Source of the DNA: an uncultured Dehalococcoidaceae bacterium
Lineage (GTDB): Bacteria > Chloroflexota > Dehalococcoidia > Dehalococcoidales > RBG-16-60-22
Reading direction: 5' to 3'
Assembly: GCA_964615345.1 (NCBI GenBank)
Contig: CAZTMR010000001.1
Coordinates: forward strand, 45,355 to 109,354
Length of the DNA stretch: 64,000 bases
Made by a program: the position numbers and the translations under genes. The notes beneath the pieces were generated by a model. It was not told the origin of the DNA. It was given only the letters and a program-made list of their open reading frames with translations, and ran no database searches. Shown here piece after piece: positions 1 through 7,370 of the stretch (position 1 is its first letter; every line of letters begins with the position of its first letter).

Positions 1-528
1 AGCACCGATGGCATCGGAACCGCTGGAACACGCGGAGGTGGTACACAGGTTCGGCCCTTTTATTCCCAGTGCAATCGATACCTGTGCGGCGGCGATGTCG
101 GAAATCATCATCGGGGCCAGAAACGGGCTCACCCGGTCCGGGCCTCTCTCCAGCATGATTTTTATTTGCTCGTAAAGGGTGGTCAGCCCGCCGATGCCGC
201 TGCCGATGATGACGCCAACCCGGTCATTGTTGTTGTCGTTGATTTCCACGTCCGCCTGTTTTATCGCCTCATAGCTGGCAGTTACCGCAAGCTGGGCGAA
301 GCGGTCCATGTGCCGGGATTCTTTGCGGCTGAGGTAATTGGTGGGTTCGAACCCCTTTACTTCACCGGCAAATCTGACTTCCAGAGAACTGGCGTCAAAA
401 AGGCTGATGTAGTCAATCCCTGACCTGCCGGCAAGAAGGCTTTCCCAGGTAGTGGAGGTATCCAGGCCAAGGGGGTTTAACATACCGATACCCGTAACTA
501 CGACACGGGTACTGTTTGACTTGTTTAT
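1..528 (-). CDS. fabF: 3-oxoacyl-[ACP] synthase (KAS I/II family), N-terminal part; the gene runs off the left edge
   Basis: My own minus-strand translation; it is absent from the ORF track because it is open at the window edge. It reads ..NKSNSTRVVVTGIGMLNPLGLDTSTTWESLLAGRSGIDYI..GPNLCTTSACSSGSDAIGA. This contains the KAS N-terminal RVVVTG strand and the active-site Cys motif. The start codon is uncertain (see finding). Confidence 0.8.
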   Translation of the reverse strand, partial: MNKSNSTRVVVTGIGMLNPLGLDTSTTWESLLAGRSGIDYISLFDASSLEVRFAGEVKGFEPTNYLSRKESRHMDRFAQLAVTASYEAIKQADVEINDNNNDRVGVIIGSGIGGLTTLYEQIKIMLERGPDRVSPFLAPMMISDIAAAQVSIALGIKGPNLCTTSACSSGSDAIGA

Positions 529-623
529 CGGAATCCCTCCGTGAAGGAGATTATTATCTATCTGTACTTAATTAAGTTTGTACCATATATACCGCCTTTT
601 TGCAAGTATACCGGCCGGCTTTT

Positions 624-652
624 TTGACCGTCCGGGGACCGGAAAGTATAAT
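624..652 (+). promoter_or_regulatory. sigma-70-type promoter candidate for mtaB
   Basis: TTGACC at 624-629 and TATAAT at 647-652 with a 17-nt spacer, about 75 nt upstream of the ATG at 728. Confidence 0.5.
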
Positions 653-727
653 GGACTTGGAGGTTTGCTTCTTTTCTTGGCTCGCCTCTTTTTCGGGTGC
701 TGGAAACGGCCCTGAAAGCACAGTGGG

Positions 728-2047
728 ATGGTCTCTATTTTTCAGAACGCGGTTACGAGGATGAGAGAACGGACAAGGATAGCTTTCGAATGTTTGGGTT
801 GCAAGTTGAACCAGGCGGAAACGGAGCACCTGTCCAGGCAGGTGGTGGCGGCGGGGTGTGAGACAGTTTCTTCAGTTGAGGAAGCGGATATTTATATCCT
901 GAATACGTGCACTGTCACCCATATCGCTGACCGCAAGTCTCGCCAGCTGCTCCGCCAGGCTTCCCGCCGCAATCCGGGCATCCGGACGGTGGCTACCGGT
1001 TGTTATGTCGAAGAGGCGGCTGCCGAACTGTCCCGGATTGCCGGAGTATCTCTGGTTCTGGATAACGCGCAGAAACCGCACTTGCTGTCGAGACTTGCCG
1101 AGGCCGGGTACCTGACCGCGGCACATGTGCCGTCGGAAACAACCGTGGTGAACAATCGCCGCACACGGTCGTTTATCAAGGTGCAGGACGGGTGTAACGG
1201 TTTCTGTACTTACTGCACCGTCCCGCGGGTGCGGAGGAATGAGAGCAGCATCCCGGCGGAGACAATCGTTGATGAAGTAAAACAGCGGGTAGCGGAAGGC
1301 ACCAGGGAGGTGGTATTGACCGGCACTGAAATCGGCCGTTATGATGACGGCCGCCACAACCTGGTGAAGCTGGTCCGGCGCATACTGGAGGGTACGGACG
1401 TTGCCCGGTTGCGGCTGTCCTCACTCCAGCCGCAGGAAATATCCGCGGATTTTCTGGAACTGTGGCAAGACCCTCGCCTGTGTCCCCACTTCCACCTCTC
1501 TCTCCAGAGCGGCGCTGATACCGTGCTCGGCCGTATGAAAAGACGCTATACCACCGGCAGCTATCAGCAGGTGCTCTCTCTGATCCGGGACAAGCTGCCG
1601 GAAGCCGCTGTCACCACCGATATTATCGTCGGCTTCCCTGGCGAGACTGAAGTGGAGTTTCGCGAGAGTCTGGACTTTTGCCGCCGTGCGGAGTTCGCCC
1701 GCATCCACGTCTTTGCTTACTCCCCCCGACCGGAGACAGAGGCGGCAGGGATGTCCGGCCAGGTTTCCTCTTCCGTGAAAAAGTGGCGCAGCCGGGAGGC
1801 GCTCCGTCTGGCCGCAGAATGCGCCCGGAACTTCAGCCAGCGTTTCCTGGACAGAACCGGGCTGGTATTATGCGAGAAAGCGGAGAAAGGCGTCTGGTCT
1901 GGATACACGGGTAACTATATCAAAGTGTATGCGCGGAGTAGCGGCAGTCTGTCCGGGGAAATATTGCCGGCCAGACTGGAAGGTCTCTGGAAGGACGGCG
2001 TATGGGGCGATATCAGCGTGGCTTCAGTTTCTCCGCCGGATTTCTGA
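728..2047 (+). CDS. mtaB: MiaB-family radical-SAM methylthiotransferase, MtaB-like
   Basis: 439-aa ORF with an N-terminal MTTase Cys pattern (ECLGCKLN..LNTCTVT), a radical-SAM CNGFCTYC motif and a TRAM-like C-terminus. An alternative ATG lies at 761. Confidence 0.7.
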   Translation: MVSIFQNAVTRMRERTRIAFECLGCKLNQAETEHLSRQVVAAGCETVSSVEEADIYILNTCTVTHIADRKSRQLLRQASRRNPGIRTVATGCYVEEAAAELSRIAGVSLVLDNAQKPHLLSRLAEAGYLTAAHVPSETTVVNNRRTRSFIKVQDGCNGFCTYCTVPRVRRNESSIPAETIVDEVKQRVAEGTREVVLTGTEIGRYDDGRHNLVKLVRRILEGTDVARLRLSSLQPQEISADFLELWQDPRLCPHFHLSLQSGADTVLGRMKRRYTTGSYQQVLSLIRDKLPEAAVTTDIIVGFPGETEVEFRESLDFCRRAEFARIHVFAYSPRPETEAAGMSGQVSSSVKKWRSREALRLAAECARNFSQRFLDRTGLVLCEKAEKGVWSGYTGNYIKVYARSSGSLSGEILPARLEGLWKDGVWGDISVASVSPPDF

Positions 2048-2897
2048 ACTCGCAGGGCACCCTGGTCTGGCACAGGCCGCAACCCTGTACGCCCACGCCG
2101 TACTCTTCTTTCAGGTAATTGATTTCTACATTCATATAGTCGGAGCACAGGTCCTTATCGTGGCCGGCTTCGGTAATGGCTTCGGCAGGACAGCGCGCGA
2201 TGCAGGCGCGGCATTTATTGTTTACATAAAACAGGCAGTTGGAAAGATGGTCACTGGCGGTACGGGGGCTGGCCGGTAGGGCCAGGTCCGTTACCACGCT
2301 GCCGCAGCGCTGGGCGATACCCAGTTCCGTGATAAATCCGTCGGAAAGGCTGAAGGTGCCCAGACCGGCCGCATAGGCGATGTGCCGTTCCGACCAGTTA
2401 GAGAAGCGCCCTTTCTCGTTACGCCCGCTTTCAAAGTAGGGCGCGATTGCCGGAGCCGCCGCCAGATATCCCCGGCGGGTTAGAGCTGCCATCACGTGCT
2501 CCCTCAGCGCGTCGTTGAACTTCTCTCCATACCAGCGGGTGTAAGACCAGGCACGGGAAGGGACTCTCTTTTCCTGTCGGTTGGTGCGGCGGGTCTTCTC
2601 CGTGATGGGCAGTACCCAGCTGATTACGGATAACCGGACTGGCAGCTCAGTGGGGGTTTTACCGGCGGCCAGGGCCAGCGCCTCCCGCGGAGTGAGGTGG
2701 GTGGGGTCGATAATCGCCTTGTACTCTTTGAAAAGAGGGTCATCACCGCTGGCAAATTGCACCAGCGGTTCATCAAATATCGCGTCGTCCCCGGACTCCG
2801 GCAGGCGGTTTGCGGGGCTGGTGCGGGCGAAGGACCTTATTTCATCGATAATGAGCCGCGACGATTGCTCTATCGCGGCTGGTTCGTGCGTGGACAT
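2013..2897 (-). CDS. QueG/RdhA-superfamily Fe-S protein (epoxyqueuosine-reductase-like)
   Basis: 294-aa ORF. The C-terminus has Cys clusters C-x8-C-x2-C-x3-CP (CLFYVNNKCRACIARCP) and GCGLCQTRVPC. There is no Tat or signal peptide. It overlaps the 3' end of mtaB convergently by 35 nt. Confidence 0.5.
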   Translation of the reverse strand: MSTHEPAAIEQSSRLIIDEIRSFARTSPANRLPESGDDAIFDEPLVQFASGDDPLFKEYKAIIDPTHLTPREALALAAGKTPTELPVRLSVISWVLPITEKTRRTNRQEKRVPSRAWSYTRWYGEKFNDALREHVMAALTRRGYLAAAPAIAPYFESGRNEKGRFSNWSERHIAYAAGLGTFSLSDGFITELGIAQRCGSVVTDLALPASPRTASDHLSNCLFYVNNKCRACIARCPAEAITEAGHDKDLCSDYMNVEINYLKEEYGVGVQGCGLCQTRVPCEFRNPAEKLKPR

Positions 2898-2945
2898 CGG
2901 TCACCACTTTCTTTGAAAAGCCGGGCAGAGAGCCGAAGCCCGGTT

Positions 2946-3308
2946 TTATTCGGCTTCCGGGTTCTGCGTGAGCAGTTCTTTCATATACGGGTCCGGCATC
3001 AGGAAATCTTCTTCTGTTCCGGCCCCTTCACTGACTATCCTCAGCCGTTCCAGCAGGGCGTGGAAGTTGATTGCCCATCCCAGACCGAACACTTCCGGGG
3101 TAAAGATACGGCTGTCACAGGGGTTCCAGTAGGCCTCCCTGAACTTCTCTACGGAGGGCATCCGGAAGTCGTAAGGGATGAATCCGGCTACCGTCCCGTG
3201 CCACCTCCGTTCTTTCCCTGATTTTTCCAGTTCCTGGCAGACTGCGATCAAGGTCAGGGTCACCGCCGCTGCCTGGAACAACCGGACGATATAATCCTGT
3301 GTCTTCAT
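2946..3308 (-). CDS. small hypothetical membrane protein
   Basis: 120-aa ORF with one N-terminal hydrophobic helix (AAAVTLTLIAVC). It is tightly packed between neighbouring genes. Function unknown. Confidence 0.45.
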   Translation of the reverse strand: MKTQDYIVRLFQAAAVTLTLIAVCQELEKSGKERRWHGTVAGFIPYDFRMPSVEKFREAYWNPCDSRIFTPEVFGLGWAINFHALLERLRIVSEGAGTEEDFLMPDPYMKELLTQNPEAE

Positions 3309-3320
3309 GACCGCTCCTTG

Positions 3321-3806
3321 TTAGCCCTCTCTGATATTTAACCCCAAAACCACCGATGTTTCAACCTGCCGGGCGGGTATTTCCCAGTAGGTTTCCAGTA
3401 ACCTGTTCTTTTTTGCCATCAGGCGGAAACCGTGCTGCTGATAAAAAGCGATTGCCCAGTGAGCGTCTGCCCATGTTCCCACCAGCAGCCGGGGGGTTCT
3501 TACCAGCGATTTGAGATGGTTCAGTAACTTCCCCCCGATACCCCGCTTCTGCCATTCGGGCAGCACGTAAGTATGCCGGACCAGGGTAACGTCTTGTACC
3601 GGCTCGATTCCAATCACGCCGACGAGCTCGCCGTCCGCCTCCCACCCGTAGAAATCAACTCGGCGCATTTCCCGTTTCAGCTCTTCCAGGGTCATATAGG
3701 GCTGATGGTACCGGTCCTCCGGGATAACTCCCTCGTAAGCCCGGGCAGCCTCATTGATGATGAAATATATCCTGCCGGTATCCTGTTCCTGACACTTCCG
3801 TATCAT
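3321..3806 (-). CDS. GNAT-family N-acetyltransferase
   Basis: 161-aa ORF with an acetyl-CoA-binding type motif, WQKRGIGGKLL (Q/RxxGxG/A). Confidence 0.75.
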   Translation of the reverse strand: MIRKCQEQDTGRIYFIINEAARAYEGVIPEDRYHQPYMTLEELKREMRRVDFYGWEADGELVGVIGIEPVQDVTLVRHTYVLPEWQKRGIGGKLLNHLKSLVRTPRLLVGTWADAHWAIAFYQQHGFRLMAKKNRLLETYWEIPARQVETSVVLGLNIREG

Positions 3807-3884
3807 TATCCGCCCTGAATTATACCATCTATCACCGTTTTCGCAAGAAAGCGGGAATTATTCGAGGAAAATGCTTGCTGACTA

Positions 3885-3912
3885 TTGTCAGGCGGGTAAA
3901 ATATGTTATAAT
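3885..3912 (+). promoter_or_regulatory. sigma-70-type promoter candidate for pckG
   Basis: TTGTCA at 3885-3890 and consensus TATAAT at 3907-3912 with a 16-nt spacer. Confidence 0.55.
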
Positions 3913-3932
3913 CAACCGTTGTTGGAGATAAT

Positions 3933-3954
3933 AAAAGGGGCGTAAGCCCCTTTT
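3933..3954 (+). promoter_or_regulatory. GNRA-capped hairpin with flanking A/T tracts in the pckG leader (terminator-like)
   Basis: The structure is aaaaggggc-GTAA-gcccctttt: a 9-bp stem, a GTAA tetraloop, then ATTTG. It lies between the predicted -10 box and the ATG at 3996. Confidence 0.4.
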
Positions 3955-3995
3955 ATTTGAATACGGGGCAAAATATCTTTATAAGAGAGGGGCTG

Positions 3996-5783
3996 ATGAC
4001 GGATATCAATGCGGTAAAGAAATGGGTAGAAGAGTGCGCTGCGCTGACACAGCCGGATAACATTGTCTGGTGTGACGGCTCTGAAGCGGAAAAAGAGCGA
4101 CTGGAGAAAGAAGCCCTGTCCACGGGCGAAATGATCCAGTTGAACCAGGAAAAACTTCCCGGGTGTCTTTATCATCGCACCGCGGTGAATGACGTCGCCC
4201 GCACGGAGAATCTGACCTATATTTGCACCACACGTAAAGAGGATGCCGGCCCGAACAACAACTGGATGACCCCGGAAGAAGGTTACGCCAGGGCCGGAGC
4301 CATTTTTGAGGGGGCAATGAAAGGCCGTACCATGTACGTTATTCCCTTCTCCATGGGACCGGTCGGCTCCCCTTTCAGCAAGATTGCCGTTGAGCTCACG
4401 GACAGCATCTATGTCTACCTGAATATGCGTATTATGGCCCGTATCGGCCAGCCGGTGCTGGACGTGCTCGGTTCATACGCGGATTTTACCCGCGGCCTGC
4501 ACAGTAAGGCTGCCCTGGACCTGGATAACCGCCTTATTCTGCACTTTCCGGAGGACAATACCATCTGGAGCGTTGGCAGTGGCTACGGGGGGAATGTTTT
4601 GCTGGGAAAGAAATGCCTTTCCCTTCGTATCGCCAGCTATCTGGGCAGACAGGAAGGCTGGCTCGCCGAACACATGCTCATCGTCGGTATCCAGGACCCT
4701 CGGGGTAATGTAACTTACATCGCCGGCGCTTTCCCCAGTGCTTGTGGCAAGACCAATCTGGCGATGCTGGTCCCCCCTGAAGTCCTGAAGGAAGAAGGCT
4801 ATAAAGTATTTACCGTCGGCGATGATATTGCCTGGATGCGCATCAAAGAGGACGGAAGATTGTGGGCGATTAACCCGGAAGCTGGCTTCTTCGGCGTGGC
4901 GCCGGGCACCAACTGGAAGACCAATTTTAACGCGATGGAAACCATTCAGGCGGACACCATCTATACCAACGTTGTCCTCAAGCCTGACGGTACGGTCTGG
5001 TGGGAAGACGGTGACGGTGACCCGCCTCCGGAAGCCCTGGACTGGAAAGGTAACCCCTGGTACCCGGGCATGAAGGATGAAAACGGCAACCCCGTCCCCG
5101 GGGCCAATCCGAACAGCCGCTACACCACTCCGGCCGCCCGCTGCCCGAGCATTTCCCCCCACTGGGAAGACCCGGAAGGAGTGCCTATTTCGGCGATAAT
5201 CGTGGGCGGGCGCCGGGCGCACCTGACACCGCTGGTCTATGAGTCATTTAACTGGCAGCATGGCGTGTTCGTCGGCTCGACCATGGCCTCCGAACGGACT
5301 GCCGCCCAGTACGGCAAGTTCGGCGAGGTGCGGCGCGACCCCATGGCGATGCTGCCATTCTGCGGCTACAATATGGCGGACTACTTCAGACACTGGCTGA
5401 ACACGGGAAAGAAGTTGGCCAGCCCTCCCCGGCTCTTTCACGTTAACTGGTTCCGTACCGGCGAGGACGGCAAGTTTATGTGGCCCGGGTTCGGCGAAAA
5501 CCTGCGCGTGCTCGACTGGATAGTACGGCGTTGCCGGGGTGAAGTCGAGGCGGTCGAAACTCCCATCGGTTATGTTCCCGCTCCGGATTCCATCAATATG
5601 GACGGCCTGGACCTGCCGGCCGAAATAATGGACAAGCTGCTCTCCGTGCACCCGGCTGATTGGACGAAAGAGCTGGGGGCTATCGAAGAGTTCTACGCCA
5701 AATTCGGCGACCGGATGCCGCCTGAGATATGGGAAGAGTTCCGGGCGCTAAAAAGCCAGCTGGGCAAGACCAGTGGGCGATAG
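3996..5783 (+). CDS. pckG: phosphoenolpyruvate carboxykinase (GTP)
   Basis: Full-length match in pattern to GTP-PEPCK, including the kinase-1a loop FPSACGKTN, NPEAGFFGVAPGT and FxVNWFR. I moved the start to ATG 3996 (GAGAGGGG SD just upstream) instead of TTG 3957. Confidence 0.9.
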   Translation: MTDINAVKKWVEECAALTQPDNIVWCDGSEAEKERLEKEALSTGEMIQLNQEKLPGCLYHRTAVNDVARTENLTYICTTRKEDAGPNNNWMTPEEGYARAGAIFEGAMKGRTMYVIPFSMGPVGSPFSKIAVELTDSIYVYLNMRIMARIGQPVLDVLGSYADFTRGLHSKAALDLDNRLILHFPEDNTIWSVGSGYGGNVLLGKKCLSLRIASYLGRQEGWLAEHMLIVGIQDPRGNVTYIAGAFPSACGKTNLAMLVPPEVLKEEGYKVFTVGDDIAWMRIKEDGRLWAINPEAGFFGVAPGTNWKTNFNAMETIQADTIYTNVVLKPDGTVWWEDGDGDPPPEALDWKGNPWYPGMKDENGNPVPGANPNSRYTTPAARCPSISPHWEDPEGVPISAIIVGGRRAHLTPLVYESFNWQHGVFVGSTMASERTAAQYGKFGEVRRDPMAMLPFCGYNMADYFRHWLNTGKKLASPPRLFHVNWFRTGEDGKFMWPGFGENLRVLDWIVRRCRGEVEAVETPIGYVPAPDSINMDGLDLPAEIMDKLLSVHPADWTKELGAIEEFYAKFGDRMPPEIWEEFRALKSQLGKTSGR

Positions 5784-5807
5784 TGCGCCGGAAAGTCAGG
5801 ATAACGC

Positions 5808-5883
5808 TGGCGCGCCCAGAGGGATTCGAACCCCCGACCCCCGGTTCCGAAGACCGGTGCTCTATCCGCTGAGCTATGGGCGC
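5808..5883 (-). tRNA. tRNA-Arg (anticodon TCG), CCA encoded
   Basis: The reverse complement folds by hand into a cloverleaf. The acceptor is GCGCCCA/TGGGCGC, the D arm is TAGCTCAGCGGATAGAGC, the anticodon stem is CCGGT/ACCGG with loop CTTCGGA, and the T arm contains GGTTCGAATCC. Confidence 0.85.
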
Positions 5884-6001
5884 GCGGCTTCTGACCAGAT
5901 TATAATTGATTCACCGCTGCCGGGCAATCAGCGCGTCGGAAGACGGCCTGACCGGCAGATGCAGGAAAATCGCTAATCCCTTCACAGGAGGAAAACCGCG
6001 T

Positions 6002-6832
6002 ATGGAAATGGAACTGAAAGGCAAGATTGCCCTGGTTACTGGAAGCGGCAGCGGCATCGGGAAAGCCATCGCCCTGGGCCTGGCCCGGGAAGGCGTTGAT
6101 ATCGCCGTGAATGACGTGGAGCCGGCCCGGGCCGAAGAGACTGCCGCCGACGTATCCGCTCTGGGCTGCCGGGCGCTGGCGGTTGCGGCCAGCGTCGCCG
6201 ATGCGGAGGAAGTCAACCGCATGGTGTCGCGCGTCGTTGCCGGACTGGGCGGTATCGATATTCTGGTCAACAACGCCGGAGCCACCAGCAGCCTCCTGGT
6301 GGAAGACATGGAGAAGAATGAGTGGGACAGGGTCCTGGCCGTTAACCTGGACGGGGCTTTCAATTGCTGCAAAGCGGTTTTTCCGGTGATGAAGCAGCGG
6401 GGCGGCGGCCGGATAATCAATACCATCTCCTATTCCGGCGCCAGGATGACCATGATTGGCGGAGTCCACTACACCTCGTCCAAAGCCGGCATCATCGGGC
6501 TGACCCACCAGCTCTCTTACGAGTTTGGCCGCTACAATATTACCGTTAACGGCATCTCACCGGGGAACGTGATTACTCCCATGCTCAAGTCGGGGACCAC
6601 TCCGGAGCGGCTCGCCGAGATGAAGAAAATGTATCCTCCGGGTGACATGCCCACTCCGGAAGACGTGGCAGACCTGGCCGTTTTTCTGGCATCCAGTCGG
6701 GCCCGGATGATAAACGGCACCAACATCGAGGTTGACGGCGGTATTACCGTGCCCGTGGCCATCGGTGTCGACTGGGATACCTACTGGGCCACCAAGAAAG
6801 AAGCTGCCCGGAAAAGAAAGGCCGGAAAGTGA
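6002..6832 (+). CDS. short-chain dehydrogenase/reductase (FabG-like)
   Basis: Contains the TGSGSGIGKA Rossmann motif, NNAG and the catalytic YTSSK (YxxxK). The start is set at ATG 6002 behind AGGAGG (5986-5991). The track start at 5906 would run back towards the tRNA-Arg. Confidence 0.85.
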   Translation: MEMELKGKIALVTGSGSGIGKAIALGLAREGVDIAVNDVEPARAEETAADVSALGCRALAVAASVADAEEVNRMVSRVVAGLGGIDILVNNAGATSSLLVEDMEKNEWDRVLAVNLDGAFNCCKAVFPVMKQRGGGRIINTISYSGARMTMIGGVHYTSSKAGIIGLTHQLSYEFGRYNITVNGISPGNVITPMLKSGTTPERLAEMKKMYPPGDMPTPEDVADLAVFLASSRARMINGTNIEVDGGITVPVAIGVDWDTYWATKKEAARKRKAGK

Positions 6833-6836
6833 GCGA

Positions 6837-6914
6837 TGGGGTGAGTGGAGGGATTTGAACCCTCGATCTCCAGGGCCACAACCTGGCGCCTTAGACCACT
6901 GGGCTACACTCACC
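6837..6914 (-). tRNA. tRNA-His (anticodon GTG) with G-1 and encoded CCA
   Basis: The reverse complement is G-GTGAGTG-TA-GCCC..; the anticodon stem is CCAGG/CCTGG with loop TTGTGGC; the T arm contains GGTTCAAATCC; the 3' end is CACTCAC-C-CCA. Confidence 0.85.
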
Positions 6915-6969
6915 ACAAGGGACATAGCCATTATAGCTGATGGGGAACGGATTTTCAACGTGCGGTCGT

Positions 6970-7281
6970 TTACCTGTCGCTCAGTTCCGCGATGCTGACC
7001 CCGGCGCCGCCCTCCCCATACCCGCCCGGGCGGTAGGACTTGACCAGGTCGTGTCTGGCCAGCTCTCTCCTCACTGCCTCCCGGAGAGTTCCTCCCCCCT
7101 TCCCGTGTATTACCCTGACCTGCCGGTGCCCGGACATAAAGGCGTCATTCAGGTATTTATCAAGCTTCAGAAGTGCTTCGTCCACTGTCATGTGGCGTAG
7201 CTGCACTTCGTCTCCCACTGTCCTCAGGCTGATATGAAAGCGGTTATTCTTCATCGTGCCAGAATACACCGATTGTAGCAC
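6970..7281 (-). CDS. Smr (MutS2-like small) domain protein
   Basis: Contains the [23 protein letters not shown] Smr signature. The start is ambiguous between GTG 7281 and ATG 7254. Confidence 0.7.
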   Translation of the reverse strand: MLQSVYSGTMKNNRFHISLRTVGDEVQLRHMTVDEALLKLDKYLNDAFMSGHRQVRVIHGKGGGTLREAVRRELARHDLVKSYRPGGYGEGGAGVSIAELSDR

Positions 7282-7370
7282 CTCCGTGGTTCCGGCACAA
7301 ACCGCGCCAGACGGTTCTTGTTGCTCTCACGGCCAAAGTGCTAGAATTAAAAAGGGGTTTGGTTTTACTT

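Noticed and set aside
5773-6001. N-terminal extension of the SDR gene (track start 5906) and the 67-aa ORF at 5773-5976
   Set aside because: The 67-aa ORF overlaps tRNA-Arg (5808-5883) and the extension lies in the adjacent spacer. AGGAGG plus ATG at 6002 gives a normal SDR N-terminus (MEMELKGKIALVTGSGSGIG).
5808-6914. An SDR gene flanked by two tRNA genes, as a possible integration hotspot or island
   Set aside because: I recognised no integrase, direct repeats of tRNA 3' ends, or compositional break. A single ordinary gene sits between the tRNAs.
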